In this document: piece after piece, positions 19,787-30,617 of the stretch
Numbering within the stretch: the first letter of the stretch is position 1
How the letters are laid out: each line of letters opens with the position of its first letter
Assembly: GCA_964291285.2 (NCBI GenBank)
Contig: OZ219787.1
Coordinates: 1,344,001 to 1,408,000, forward strand
Direction: 5' to 3'
DNA: 64,000 bases
Origin: Alphaproteobacteria bacterium
GTDB lineage: Bacteria > Pseudomonadota > Alphaproteobacteria > Bin95
The notes under the pieces: model-generated
The model's database searches: none
What the model was told of the DNA's origin: nothing
The model's input: the letters and a program-made list of their open reading frames with translations, nothing else
Made by a program: the position numbers and the translations under genes

Positions 19787-21414
19787 CAGGCCTCCGCCGC
19801 CGGTACGCGAAGCTCGAAGCATGCGCCCAGAACGCCGCCGTCCGCGCCCGGCCGGTTGGACGCTGCAATGCTTCCGCCATGAAGCCTGGCGATATCGCGG
19901 GAAATGGCGAGGCCGAGGCCCGAATGTCTTTCCCCGCGTCCTCCGGCGTCGGGCCGGTCGGTGTAGAAGCGGTCGAAGATCGTCTCCTCCTTGCCTGCCT
20001 GGATGCCCGGGCCGTCGTCGTCCACCCGAAGGACCACCTCGTCCCCCCGCCGTGCGAGGAACAGCCTCACACTCCCCGCCGCCGGGGAGAACGACCGGGC
20101 GTTGTCGATCAGGTTGCGGACGACCCGCACAAGCTGGTCTTCGAGGCCGCGGACGATGAACGGCTCCTCCGTTTCAACCGTCAATACCGGACGCGGCGGG
20201 CTCTCCGCATCGATACAGGCCTCCACGGCCCGGCGCATGTCGACCGGGTCCGATTCCGCGCGGGAAAACTGCGCGCCGAGGCTGGAGAAGTCCGCCACGC
20301 TGTCGATCAACCGGTTCAGCCGCCTGACATCGTCCAGGACGATCCGCATCAGCTTGCGCCTCTTGCCCGGATCGTCCTCGCGTATCGCCGTCTCGGCCGC
20401 GCTGTAGGTGGACGCGAGCGGCGTCCTGAGTTCATGGCTGACATCGGCCGCGAACTTCTCGGTCTCCTCCATGCCTTCCCAAAGCGCGCCCGTCATCCGG
20501 CGCAGCGCAGCGGAGAGGTCGCCGATTTCATCATTGCGCCCGCTCAGGTCCTGTATATCGACCCGTCCGTAGCCGGGACGCACACGCTCGGCCGTCGCCG
20601 CCAGGTCCCTGAGCGGCTTCGCAATGGCGCGCGCCATGTAGAGGGTGAGCAGGACGGTCACGACCAGCGCCACCCCGGCGGCCGACAGGATTTGCAGCCG
20701 GATCTCGCTTACGGCCTCGTCGATGGCGCGGCCGTCCGCGGAGACCATGGCGGCGCCCACCACGCGCTTGAAGTCCCGGATCGGCAGGGCGACGCTCAGC
20801 ACCAGGCCCCTCGCGCCGAGCGAGCGGACGACCTGTTCCGTGTCTCCGCGCAGCGCCCCTTCGACCTCGCGATAGTCGGAAGCCTTCTGTTCCGCGCTTT
20901 CCCGATAGGGCTCGATGGTCTCGATTTCGCGGAAAGCCAGGTCGAAAAGCCCGAGCAGCCAGCGCAGGGCTGCCTGGAACATGTCCGCCCCGCCCGCCGG
21001 GGGCAGGGGCTCGCTCTCCACCGCGGGCCCGAAGCCGGCAAACCGCCGGCTGTCCAGCCGGATGGTTCCGTCCGGTCCGAACACCCGCACCCGCATCCGC
21101 ACCCGGAGGCTGGATTCTTCGATGAGCCGTCTCAGCAGGGGTTCGGCGCTCTTCGCGTCGAGGGCCGGTTCGCCGTCGGCCAGAAGTTCGATGGAGGCGT
21201 GGCCGAGGGCGACCGCGATGGTCCGGCCCTTGGCCTCCACCAGCCGCAACTCGGTTTCGATCAGTTCGCGCTTGTAGCCGCCGAGGTAGAGCAGGCTCGC
21301 AGCCAGGATGACGAGCGCCAGCAGGTTCACCGCCAGAAGGCGGCGCATCAGCGGCGAGCGGTACCACCGCCGCGCGCCGCGCCGCACCGCCGGACGGCTG
21401 CCTCGCCGGGCCAT
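19786..21414 (-). CDS. chvG: Sensor histidine kinase ChvG/ExoS
   Basis: TM segments, HAMP, DVSHELRTPL, NLIDNARSF, DDGPGI, HSGLGLAI; context between chvI and hprK. Confidence 0.9.
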   Translation of the reverse strand: MARRGSRPAVRRGARRWYRSPLMRRLLAVNLLALVILAASLLYLGGYKRELIETELRLVEAKGRTIAVALGHASIELLADGEPALDAKSAEPLLRRLIEESSLRVRMRVRVFGPDGTIRLDSRRFAGFGPAVESEPLPPAGGADMFQAALRWLLGLFDLAFREIETIEPYRESAEQKASDYREVEGALRGDTEQVVRSLGARGLVLSVALPIRDFKRVVGAAMVSADGRAIDEAVSEIRLQILSAAGVALVVTVLLTLYMARAIAKPLRDLAATAERVRPGYGRVDIQDLSGRNDEIGDLSAALRRMTGALWEGMEETEKFAADVSHELRTPLASTYSAAETAIREDDPGKRRKLMRIVLDDVRRLNRLIDSVADFSSLGAQFSRAESDPVDMRRAVEACIDAESPPRPVLTVETEEPFIVRGLEDQLVRVVRNLIDNARSFSPAAGSVRLFLARRGDEVVLRVDDDGPGIQAGKEETIFDRFYTDRPDAGGRGERHSGLGLAISRDIARLHGGSIAASNRPGADGGVLGACFELRVPAAEA

Positions 21415-21421
21415 CGCCCGG

Positions 21422-22111
21422 CTATGACGGGCGGTAGCGGTATCCGCCGCCGTAGAGGGTCTCGATGGACGAGAAATCCGGGTCTACAGCACGGAATTTG
21501 CGCCGCATCCGCTTGATATGGCTGTCGATGACCCGGTCGTTGGCCATGGCGTCGGCGCCATAGGCGGCGGTCATCAACTGGTCCCGCGTCTTCACATAGC
21601 CTGCCCTGTAGGCCAGCGCCTGCAGGATCAGCAGTTCGGTGACCGTGAGCTTTACCGGTTCGCCCTTCCAGGTGCAGAGATAGCGGTCCTGGTCGACGGC
21701 GAGGTCGCCGCGCACCAGCACATCCCGGACTCCGCGGTCCCGCTCCAGTTCCTTGCGGCGCAGCAGGGCGCGGATGCGGGCGATCAGCAGGCGTTGCGAG
21801 AACGGCTTCTTGATGTAGTCGTCGGCCCCCATGTTCAGCCCGAGTTCCTCGTCCCGCTCCTCCACCTTGGTGGTGAGGAAGATCACGGGGAGCACGGACT
21901 TGGCGCGCAGGCGCTGGAGCAGTTCCATGCCGTCCATGCGAGGCATCTTGATGTCGAGAACCGCGAGATCGACGCCGTTGTTCCGCAGGGCCTGCCAGGC
22001 CTGTTCGCCGTCCACATAGCTCCGGACATCGAACCCTTCGGCTTCGAGGGCCATCGTGACGGAGGTGAGGATATTCCGGTCATCGTCAACGAGGGCGATC
22101 GTGTGTTTCAT
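21422..22111 (-). CDS. chvI: Response regulator ChvI
   Basis: [45 protein letters not shown]. Confidence 0.93.
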   Translation of the reverse strand: MKHTIALVDDDRNILTSVTMALEAEGFDVRSYVDGEQAWQALRNNGVDLAVLDIKMPRMDGMELLQRLRAKSVLPVIFLTTKVEERDEELGLNMGADDYIKKPFSQRLLIARIRALLRRKELERDRGVRDVLVRGDLAVDQDRYLCTWKGEPVKLTVTELLILQALAYRAGYVKTRDQLMTAAYGADAMANDRVIDSHIKRMRRKFRAVDPDFSSIETLYGGGYRYRPS

Positions 22112-22315
22112 GGACCTTGGATCCTCCCGCGAACATGCGCCTTCCGAAGCATAGAGCCTCCGCTCTCAATATGGCGGAATTCCGGCGAATGGCGCATGAA
22201 ATCCGCGTAATGTTGCCATCGGCGCGTCATGACGGCGCATTGCACGGGCCATGCCGCTTGCATAGAAGTCAAGCGAACCGTTCCGGCGCCCCGAACCCGC
22301 GACTCGAGGCCTTTA

Positions 22316-23887
22316 TTGTCCTCTGACAAACGCCTGGCCGCAATCGGCATCACCGACCCCGGCACGCTGCACTGGAACGCCGGCCGCGAATCCCTGGTCG
22401 AGTCGGCGGTGCGCGCCCGCGAGGGCCTGCTGGCGGCAGGTGGCGCCCTGGTCTGCGAGACGGGCGCGTTCACCGGCCGGTCGCCGGACGACAAGTTCTT
22501 CGTCCGCGATGCGGCCACGGACAAGGGCATCGACTGGGGCGACGTCAACCGGGAGATGGCGCCGGAGAATTTCGCGACGCTCCGCCGCCGGATGCTGGAC
22601 CATCTGCAGGGCCGCGAGCTTTTCGTGCAGGACTGCGATGCGGGCGCGGACCCCGCCCACCGGCTTGCGGTGCGCGTGGTGACGGAGCAGGCATGGCACA
22701 GCCTGTTCGCCCGCAACATCTTCCTGCGGCCTTCCGGGCCGTCCGGCGGCGATCCGGAATGGACCATCCTCCATGCGCCGAGCTTCCAGGCAGACCCCGA
22801 AACCGATGGCTGCCGGTCCTCGACGGTCATCGCCATCGGCTTCTCGGAGAAACTGATCCTGATCGGGGGGACCTACTATGCCGGCGAAATCAAGAAATCC
22901 GTCTTCACGCTGCTGAACTATCTGCTGCCGCCCGAGGGCGTGATGCCGATGCACTGTTCGGCGAATATCGGGCCCGAAGGATCAGCTGTGTTTTTCGGCC
23001 TGTCCGGCACCGGCAAGACAACGCTGTCCGCCGACCCCGGGCGCGATCTGATCGGCGATGACGAACATGGCTGGTCGGACGGCGGCATCTTCAATTTCGA
23101 GGGCGGCTGCTATGCGAAGGTCATCGATCTCAACCGGGATGCCGAACCGGAGATCCATGCCGCGAGCCACCGTTTCGGGACGGTGCTGGAGAATGTCGCC
23201 ATCGATCCCGACACAAGGCTGCTGGACCTTGTCGACCGCCGGGTGACGGAAAACACCCGGTCCTGCTATCCGCTGGAATTCATCCCCAATGCCTGCCCGG
23301 ACGGGCTCGGGCCGCCGCCGAAGAACATCGTCATGCTGACGGCGGATGCCTTCGGCGTCCTGCCGCCGATCTCCCGGCTGACGACCGAGCAGGCGATGTA
23401 CCATTTCCTCTCCGGCTATACCGCCAAGGTCGCCGGCACGGAGCGCGGCCTCGGCAGCGAGCCGGTCGCCACCTTCTCCACCTGTTTCGGCGCCCCGTTC
23501 ATGGCCAGGAAACCGTCCGTCTATGCCGGGTTGCTCGGGAAGCGGGTCGCCGAGCGCAGGGTCAATTGCTGGCTGGTGAACACCGGCTGGAACGGCAGGG
23601 GCGAGCGGATGTCCATTGCGCACACCCGCGCCATGGTCAACGCCGCCCTGGGCGGCGCGCTGGACGGGGTGGAGACCGCCCGGCATCCGGTGTTCGGCCT
23701 GCACTGGCCGACCGCCTGCCCCGATGTGCCGCCCGAAGCCCTCGACCCGCGCACGAGCTGGCAGGACAGGGACGCATACGATGCGCGCGCCTCCGCCCTC
23801 GCGCGGGACTTCGAAAGCAACTTCAGGCGCTTCGAGCCGGATGTTTCCGAAAAGGTCAGGGACGCCGCCATCCGCGCTCCCGGCTGA
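22316..23887 (+). CDS. pckA: Phosphoenolpyruvate carboxykinase (ATP); start uncertain
   Basis: TGRSPDDK, YAGEIKKSVF, MHCSAN, GLSGTGKTTLS, IGDDEHGW, ENTR. Confidence 0.96.
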   Translation: MSSDKRLAAIGITDPGTLHWNAGRESLVESAVRAREGLLAAGGALVCETGAFTGRSPDDKFFVRDAATDKGIDWGDVNREMAPENFATLRRRMLDHLQGRELFVQDCDAGADPAHRLAVRVVTEQAWHSLFARNIFLRPSGPSGGDPEWTILHAPSFQADPETDGCRSSTVIAIGFSEKLILIGGTYYAGEIKKSVFTLLNYLLPPEGVMPMHCSANIGPEGSAVFFGLSGTGKTTLSADPGRDLIGDDEHGWSDGGIFNFEGGCYAKVIDLNRDAEPEIHAASHRFGTVLENVAIDPDTRLLDLVDRRVTENTRSCYPLEFIPNACPDGLGPPPKNIVMLTADAFGVLPPISRLTTEQAMYHFLSGYTAKVAGTERGLGSEPVATFSTCFGAPFMARKPSVYAGLLGKRVAERRVNCWLVNTGWNGRGERMSIAHTRAMVNAALGGALDGVETARHPVFGLHWPTACPDVPPEALDPRTSWQDRDAYDARASALARDFESNFRRFEPDVSEKVRDAAIRAPG

Positions 23888-23932
23888 TTCCGGCGAGACA
23901 GGCGCGGAACGATGCGCTAGCGTGACCGCGCC

Positions 23933-25297
23933 ATGACGAAACAGCTTACCCTGGTCGTGAAGCGGGACTGCCCGACCTGCACCCTGCTGGAGCCGGTCTA
24001 TGCCGAGCTTGCGGCGTCCGGGATCGCGCTCGATGTCTGGACGCAGGACGATCCCGCTTTCCCGGAAAGCGTGTCCGGCGTGCTCGACGAAGGGCTGGAG
24101 CGTTCCTTCCGGCTCGGCGTGGAGATCGTGCCGACCCTGATCCGGCGCGAGGACGGCGAGGAGACGGAGCGCACCTGGGGCTGGGACCGCGCCGAGTGGG
24201 AGCGCCTGACCGGCCTCGCAGGGCTGGGCGCAGGCCTGCCGCCCTTCAGGCCGGGCTGCGGGGCGAAGAATGTCGAGCCTGGAATGCCGGAGGCGCTGGC
24301 GGCGCGCTTCGGCTCGGCGCGGCTCAAGTCCCGCCGGGTTCCTCTCGCGCCGCTGGAGGACGAGGTCGAGGCGGCTTACGACCGCGGCTGGTCGGACGGC
24401 CTGCCCGTCGTGCCGCCGACCGAGGCGCGCGTGCTCGCCATGCTCGACGGCACGACCCGCGATCCGGGCGAGGTACTGGGCCTCGCGCCGCCCAACCTCC
24501 AGCCCTGCACGGTCGAGAAGGTGGCGGTCAACGCGGTCATGGCGGGCTGCAAGCCGGAATATCTGCCCGTCGTGCTGGCGGCCGTCGAGGCGGCGCTGGA
24601 CGATGCCTTCTGCATGCACGGCGTGCTCGCGACGACCTACTATATCGGCCCCATCGTCATCGTGAACGGCCCGGTGCGCCGCGCCGTCGGCATGAACGCG
24701 AAGGGGAACGTCCTCGGACAGGGCAACCGCGCCAACGCCACCATCGGGCGCGCGCTCCAGCTCGTCGTGCGCAATGTCGGCGGCGGCAAGCCGCAGGGCG
24801 TGGACCGGGCCGCACTCGGCAATCCCGGCAAATACACCTTCTGCTTCCCCGAGGACGAGGAGGGCTCCGCCTGGCCGCCGCTCTCCGAGAGCCGGGGCGC
24901 GGGCAAGGGGGCCTCGGCGGTCACGCTCTTTGCCGGCTACGGCGTGATGGGCGTGGTGGACCAGGATTCGCGCACGCCCGAGGCCCTGGTGGAAACCTTC
25001 GCCGACGTGTTCCGGGGCCTCGAGAACCGCAACCGGCGCAATATCGACGCGGTGGTCGTCGTGTCGCCGGAGCATGACCGCGTGTTCCGGGACGGCGGCT
25101 GGTCGCGCGAGGACCTGGAGGCCGCGCTCCGCGCCGCGCTCGACGAGCCGGGGCACGCCACGCCCAAGCTGCGCGACGGCGGCCTCTTGATCGTCCGCGC
25201 CGGCGGCGGCGCGGGCATGTTCTCCGCCATTCTACCCGGCTGGGCCGCCACCGGCCCGGTCGGCAGCATTCCGGTAACGAAGGAGGTAGGAACGTGA
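23933..25297 (+). CDS. Thioredoxin-fold (CxxC) fusion protein, partner of the UGSC protein
   Basis: N-terminal KRDCPTC and EIVPTL; C-terminal GWSDGLPVVPPT, NAVMAGC, GNRANATIGRA. Confidence 0.75.
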   Translation: MTKQLTLVVKRDCPTCTLLEPVYAELAASGIALDVWTQDDPAFPESVSGVLDEGLERSFRLGVEIVPTLIRREDGEETERTWGWDRAEWERLTGLAGLGAGLPPFRPGCGAKNVEPGMPEALAARFGSARLKSRRVPLAPLEDEVEAAYDRGWSDGLPVVPPTEARVLAMLDGTTRDPGEVLGLAPPNLQPCTVEKVAVNAVMAGCKPEYLPVVLAAVEAALDDAFCMHGVLATTYYIGPIVIVNGPVRRAVGMNAKGNVLGQGNRANATIGRALQLVVRNVGGGKPQGVDRAALGNPGKYTFCFPEDEEGSAWPPLSESRGAGKGASAVTLFAGYGVMGVVDQDSRTPEALVETFADVFRGLENRNRRNIDAVVVVSPEHDRVFRDGGWSREDLEAALRAALDEPGHATPKLRDGGLLIVRAGGGAGMFSAILPGWAATGPVGSIPVTKEVGT

Positions 25298-25815
25298 GAA
25301 ACGCACCAGTGCTGGTCGATCCGACCGGCGAGGTCGAGCCGGCGCGGCGCGAGCCGCTCGCCCGGCCGGCCTCGCTGGACGGCAGGACCGTGGCCCTGCT
25401 CGACATTTCCAAGGCGCGCGGCGACGTCTTTCTGGACCGCCTGCATATGCGCCTGGACGAGCGGGGCATCGAAGTGAAGCGCTACATGAAGCCGACCTTC
25501 GCGCGCATCGCCCCGATCGGCGTGAAGCAGCAGATCGCTTCCGAGGCCGCCCTCGTTGTCGAAGGGCTGGCCGACTGAGGCTCCTGCACATCGTGCTGTA
25601 CGCATGATATCGCAGACCTGGAAGCGAGGGGCGTCCCCGGCGTGGGCGTGGCGACCACGGAGTTCGTGGAGGCCTGGCAGGCGCAGTCCGCCGCGCTCGG
25701 CTACGAGCCGCCCATGATTTTCGTCCCGCACCCGATCCAGGACCGCACCGACGCCGAAATCCAGGCGCTGGCAGACGCCGCCGTCGACGAAATCGTAAGC
25801 CGCCTTACCGCCTGA
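25294..25815 (+). CDS. UGSC-family selenoprotein (TGA at 25576-25578 = Sec)
   Basis: ...EGLAD-TGA-GSCTSCCTHD...VPHPIQDRTDAEI...; frame stays open to TGA 25813-25815. Confidence 0.8.
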
Positions 25816-26417
25816 GGCCGGGCTGCCCGGCGGGGCGCCCGCTGGCCCGGTCATGCCGCGAGAGTCCAGGCTGGGCCCCGGATCGCTGCTGGCGCGCCGT
25901 CCGGGGCGACGGTTGGGGGATGCAAGGCAATGCCGCCGGACGGAAACATGCGTATCCGGTGGACAGGTGATGGTGCAGTGATTTGTTCTGGAGAAATCTG
26001 GTAATAATCCCTTTACAGGGGTTGCATTTTTAGAAATTATGATATGATAGGTCCGAGGGAAGAGGCATCCGGAGCCGCTTCCTGCCCGTGCCGGCCCGGT
26101 GCGGAACGACCCCGATTCAGCCGACAGGCGAAGTGCGTCCTGTGCCTGCCTCGCGTGCGCGCAATCAGGCGCGCGAACCGCGCCGGCGCCGACACGCGCC
26201 CGCGCCGGCACAGGCGCGCGCAGGATACGCGCGAATTGGGGTCCCGCCGCTCGGGCAACCGGGCGGCGGGAAGAACGGAACGACGACGGATCGAGAGGAG
26301 AGACCGATGCCGAAGATGCAGAACCCGGGAAACGGGATGGAATACCCGGAGCCATCGCCCGAAACGACCACTTCATGCACCAACCGGCTATGGGGTATGC
26401 GTCTTTCGCATGCAGAA

Positions 26418-26486
26418 CATGACATCCCATGACATATCGCGCGGTATCCCGCAGCTCCGCATGACAAAACATGACATATCATGACA
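26418..26486. repeat. Five CATGACA direct repeats, mostly at 10-bp spacing
   Basis: Copies start at 26418, 26428, 26460, 26470, 26480. Confidence 0.8.
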
Positions 26487-26598
26487 CATCGCTGGAGTGG
26501 GCCCCTTGGGCCGGGCGGCTGTCGGCGCGCTGCAAGTGGGCATGCGGGGCCGTCCGGGGTAAAGTCGGCCGGTGCGGCACGGATGCGGGGGGTCCTGC

Positions 26599-27825
26599 GT
26601 GACGGAACGATTGCCTTTCGACGGCCTCAGGGTCATCGACTTCACGCATGTGATCGCGGGGCCGCTGGCGACCTTCCAGCTTGCGATGCTGGGCGCGGAT
26701 GTCGTGAAGGTCGAGCCGCCGGGCCGCGGCGACCAGCTGCGGCGCATGGGCGGCGAGCCGGACCGCGCCGGGGACGGCCTCGGCACGGCCTTCCTCGCCA
26801 TCAATTCCGGCAAGCGCTCGCTGGCGCTCGACCTGAAGCGGCCCGAGGGACGCGATACGGCGCTGCGCCTGATCGCCGGGGCCGATGTCGTGGCGGAGAA
26901 CTTCCGCCCCGGTGTGATGGAGCGGCTCGGCCTCGGGGCGGACGCGGTGCGGGCGCTGAACCCCCGCGCGGTCTATTGCTCGCTCTCCGGATACGGCCGC
27001 CACCCCGACTGGGCCTGGCGGCCGGCCTACGACCATATCGTGCAGGGCGTGGCGGGCGCGATGTGGACCCAGGGCGGCGAGGGCGACCCGCCGATCAAGA
27101 TCGGCTTCCCGATGGCCGATACGGCGGCGGGCTATGCCGCCTTCACGGCGGTCTGCGTCGCGCTGATCGAGCGGAATGCGACGGGCCGGGGCCGGCATGT
27201 CGATGTGTCGATGACCGCGGCAACGCTCGCCATGATGGCGACGCCCGTCCACGGCTTCCTCGGCGCCGGCCAACCGCCGGCGCGGATCGGCAACACGGCC
27301 TTCTCCGGCTCGCCCGCGTCCGGCACCTACGAGACGGCCGATGCGGCGGTGGTGCTGACCGCAAACACGGAGGCGCAGTTCCGGGGCCTTTGCGGAGCGC
27401 TCGGGCTGGAGGGGCTCGAGACGGCGTCGGACCCGATCGCCTGGCGGGACCCGGCGGTGGACCTCTCCCATGTGCGGAGCGCCATCGCGGACTGCCTCAG
27501 GCGGCGGGACGCCGCGCATTGGGAGCGGGTGCTGAACGAGGCGGGCGTGCCCACGGGCAAGGTGCGCACCGTGCCTGAGGCGCTGGCGGAAGCGTGCATC
27601 GCCGAGCGGGGCTTCGTTTCGGCGGTACCGGATCCGGGGCGGCCGGGCGAGGACATCCGGGTCCACGGCACGCCCTATGCCTTCGACGGCAAGACGCCGT
27701 CGCCCTCGGCTCCGGCGCCGCATCTGGGCGAGCATTCGCGCGCCCTGCTCGCGGAGGCGGGACTCGCGGGGAACGAGATCGACGCCCTGCTGGAGGCGGG
27801 TGTCGTGGAAGAGAGGCGGGCATGA
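26599..27825 (+). CDS. Class III CoA-transferase (CaiB/BaiF)
   Basis: LRVIDFTHVIAGP, GADVVKVEPP, NSGKRSLALDLK, ENFRPGV. Confidence 0.93.
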   Translation: MTERLPFDGLRVIDFTHVIAGPLATFQLAMLGADVVKVEPPGRGDQLRRMGGEPDRAGDGLGTAFLAINSGKRSLALDLKRPEGRDTALRLIAGADVVAENFRPGVMERLGLGADAVRALNPRAVYCSLSGYGRHPDWAWRPAYDHIVQGVAGAMWTQGGEGDPPIKIGFPMADTAAGYAAFTAVCVALIERNATGRGRHVDVSMTAATLAMMATPVHGFLGAGQPPARIGNTAFSGSPASGTYETADAAVVLTANTEAQFRGLCGALGLEGLETASDPIAWRDPAVDLSHVRSAIADCLRRRDAAHWERVLNEAGVPTGKVRTVPEALAEACIAERGFVSAVPDPGRPGEDIRVHGTPYAFDGKTPSPSAPAPHLGEHSRALLAEAGLAGNEIDALLEAGVVEERRA

Positions 27826-28832
27826 CGCTGAGAATACCGCTCGACCATCCGGGCGTCTGGCGGCGCGAGGACATGGAGGGGCGCGACGACTGGATAAGGA
27901 CCTTCTCCGACGCCGAGCTGGAGGAGATACGCGCCGCGCTGCCCCGGCGGTTCGGCGCGCCCGGTTTCGGCAGGGCGGACTTCCCCTTGCCGGTGCTCGG
28001 CCCGCGCCTGAAGGACATGGTGGACGAGCTGGAGAACGGGCGCGGCTTCACGGTGATGCGCGGCCTCGACCGGCTGGAGCTCGACCCTGCGGGGTTGCGG
28101 GATGTCTATTGGGGCCTCGCCCAGCATATGGGGCGGACGATCTCCCAGAACTCGACCGGGGCGCTGATCGGCGAGGTCTATGACAGGGGCCTCGACTACG
28201 CCGACAACAATGTGCGCGGCCACACGACCAATGCCGAAATCGGCCCGCACTGCGACACGGCGGACGTGGTGGGGCTGCTTTGCGTGCATCCGGCGGAGGA
28301 GGGCGGCGAAAGCCTGATCGCCTCCTCCGGCGCGATCTACAACGAAATCCTCGCGACGGCGCCGCACCTGGTCGATACGCTGGCCGCCGGCTTCCGCATC
28401 GACCTCGCGGGCAAGGGGCCGACAGGGGCGGCGGACGAGGTGACGCGGGCGCGCATCCCGGTGTTCTCCTGGTATGCGGGCCGGCTCTCCTGCCGCTTCA
28501 ACCGCAAGCAGATCGAGGACGGCCAGCGCAAGCTGGGGCGCGAGCTCTCGGCGGAGGAGCAGGAGGCGGTGGAAACGGTGGAGCGCCTCGCGCTCGACCC
28601 GCGCTTCCGCCTCGACATGGACTTCCGCCGGGGCGACATCCAGTGGCTCAACAACCACGCCATCCTGCACGGCCGGGCCGGATACCGGGACGCCAACGAC
28701 CCGGAACGCCGCCGCCTGCTGCTCAGGCTCTGGATGAACATTCCGGACGGCCGGCCGCTGGCGCCGGCTTTCGCCGACCGGCTGAACACGGGGCCGCGCG
28801 GCGGCGTCTATGCAAGGGAAGCGAGGGCGTAA
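27822..28832 (+). CDS. TauD/TfdA-family Fe(II)/2OG dioxygenase
   Basis: HCD...LHGR facial triad; RRLLLRLW. Confidence 0.88.
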   Translation: MTLRIPLDHPGVWRREDMEGRDDWIRTFSDAELEEIRAALPRRFGAPGFGRADFPLPVLGPRLKDMVDELENGRGFTVMRGLDRLELDPAGLRDVYWGLAQHMGRTISQNSTGALIGEVYDRGLDYADNNVRGHTTNAEIGPHCDTADVVGLLCVHPAEEGGESLIASSGAIYNEILATAPHLVDTLAAGFRIDLAGKGPTGAADEVTRARIPVFSWYAGRLSCRFNRKQIEDGQRKLGRELSAEEQEAVETVERLALDPRFRLDMDFRRGDIQWLNNHAILHGRAGYRDANDPERRRLLLRLWMNIPDGRPLAPAFADRLNTGPRGGVYAREARA

Positions 28833-28836
28833 CGCG

Positions 28837-29829
28837 ATGGCTCGAATACGGACCCCGATCTGCGAGCGGCTGGGGATCGAGCATCCGGTGTTCCAGGCCG
28901 GCATGGGCTGGGTTGCGCGCGCGGACCTGGCGGCGGCCGTCTCGGAGGCGGGCGGGCTCGGCGTCGTGGGCGCCGGCTCCACGATGGATGGCGATCAGCT
29001 GCGCGCCGAAATCTGCCGGGTGCGGGAGCTGACCGACAAGCCCTTCGGCGTCGATATCCTGTTCGCAACCGTGCGCGCCGAGGGCGAGCGGGTAGCGCGC
29101 TACACCGACGCGGTGCAGGGCATGGTCGAGGCCGTGCTGGAGGAGCGGGTGCCGGTGCTGGTCTCCGGCCTCGGCAGCCCGGCGGCGGTCGTGCCGGCGG
29201 CGCATGAACGCGGCATCTATGTCATGTCGGTCGTGGGCGCGGTGCGCCATGCCGAGAAGGCGGTCGCGGACGGCGTGGATGCGGTGATCGCGTCGGGCAT
29301 GGACGGCGGCGGCCATGTCGGGCGCATCGGCACGGCGGCGCTCGTGCCCGCCGTGGTGGACGCGGTGGACGTGCCGGTGCTCGCCGGCGGCGGATTGGCG
29401 GACGGCCGCGGGCTTGCGGCGGCGCTCGCCTTCGGCGCCCAGGGCGTGTGGATGGGCACTCGCTTCATCGCCACGGCCGAGAGCCGCAGCCACGACAACT
29501 ACAAGCACCGGATCGCCGATACCGACGTGGCCGGAACGGTGGTGACGCGCGCCCACAGCGGCAAGCCCTGCCGGCTGATCGACAACGGCTTCACGCGCGG
29601 CTGGGCCGGGCGCGAGGCGGAGATCAAGCCCTTTCCGCTCCAGGCGATGGAGGTCGGCCACCCGGCGTCCGAACGCGGGCGGATCGAGGGCGATGTCGAG
29701 GCGGGCGTGCTGCCGGCCGGCCAGAGCTGCGGCATGATCGGCGATGTCGTGCCGGCGGGCGAAGTAGTGCGGCGGGTCGTCGAGGAAGCGGCGCTTGCCA
29801 TGACGAGAATGCAATCTTTCGGAGGATGA
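28837..29829 (+). CDS. Nitronate monooxygenase/FabK-like flavoenzyme
   Basis: FQAGMG, GGLG, TDKPFGV, GGGH, AGGGLADGRG, MGTRF. Confidence 0.88.
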   Translation: MARIRTPICERLGIEHPVFQAGMGWVARADLAAAVSEAGGLGVVGAGSTMDGDQLRAEICRVRELTDKPFGVDILFATVRAEGERVARYTDAVQGMVEAVLEERVPVLVSGLGSPAAVVPAAHERGIYVMSVVGAVRHAEKAVADGVDAVIASGMDGGGHVGRIGTAALVPAVVDAVDVPVLAGGGLADGRGLAAALAFGAQGVWMGTRFIATAESRSHDNYKHRIADTDVAGTVVTRAHSGKPCRLIDNGFTRGWAGREAEIKPFPLQAMEVGHPASERGRIEGDVEAGVLPAGQSCGMIGDVVPAGEVVRRVVEEAALAMTRMQSFGG

Positions 29830-29837
29830 CCGGGCAC

Positions 29838-30617
29838 ATGCGTATGAAGGACAGATGCGGGATCGTGACCGCGGCGGGCTCCGGCATGGGGCGTGCGGGC
29901 GCCATCCGGTTCGCAGAAGAGGGAGCGGCGGTCGCCGTCGTCGATATCGACGCCGAAGCCGTGGCGGCGGTCGTGGCCGAGATCGAGGCGGCGGGCGGGC
30001 GCGCTGTCGGGATACCCGCCGACCTCACTCAGGACGATGACAGCCGGCGCATCGTGCGCGAGGCGGCGGGTGCGCTCGGCGGCATCGACTTCGTGTGGAA
30101 TCATGTCGGCCATCCGGGCCCGGCCTCGGTCGAGGGCATCGAGATGAAGGATTTCGACACGGCCGTGACGCTCAACATGCGCACGGTGCTGATTACGACC
30201 GATGCGGCGATCCCGGAAATCCGGGCGCGGGGCGGCGGCTCGCTGCTCTACACCGCCTCGACTTCGGGCCTGCAGGGCTCGCAGTTCAGCCCGGTCTATT
30301 CGGCGGTGAAGCATGGTGTGGTCGGCTTCGTGAAGGCGCTCGGCAAGCGGCTCGCGAAGGAGAACATCCGCGTGAACGCCATCTGCCCCGGCCCCATCGA
30401 CACGCCGATGCTCAGGGTCTTCGTGTCGCGGCCCGACCAGCAGTCGACCCACGGCCTCGACAAGGAGGAGCTGATCGCGAGGCATGGCGGCGCGCTGCCC
30501 ATCGGCCGGCCGGGCCGGCCGGAGGAGATCGCCAACGCGGCGCTCTTCCTGCTCTCCGACGAAGCCTCCTTCGTCACGGCAACCACGCTCGCGGTGGACG
30601 GCGGCTCGACCGCGTGA
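29838..30617 (+). CDS. Short-chain dehydrogenase/reductase
   Basis: TAAGSGMG, YSAVK, NAICPGPIDT. Confidence 0.9.
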   Translation: MRMKDRCGIVTAAGSGMGRAGAIRFAEEGAAVAVVDIDAEAVAAVVAEIEAAGGRAVGIPADLTQDDDSRRIVREAAGALGGIDFVWNHVGHPGPASVEGIEMKDFDTAVTLNMRTVLITTDAAIPEIRARGGGSLLYTASTSGLQGSQFSPVYSAVKHGVVGFVKALGKRLAKENIRVNAICPGPIDTPMLRVFVSRPDQQSTHGLDKEELIARHGGALPIGRPGRPEEIANAALFLLSDEASFVTATTLAVDGGSTA

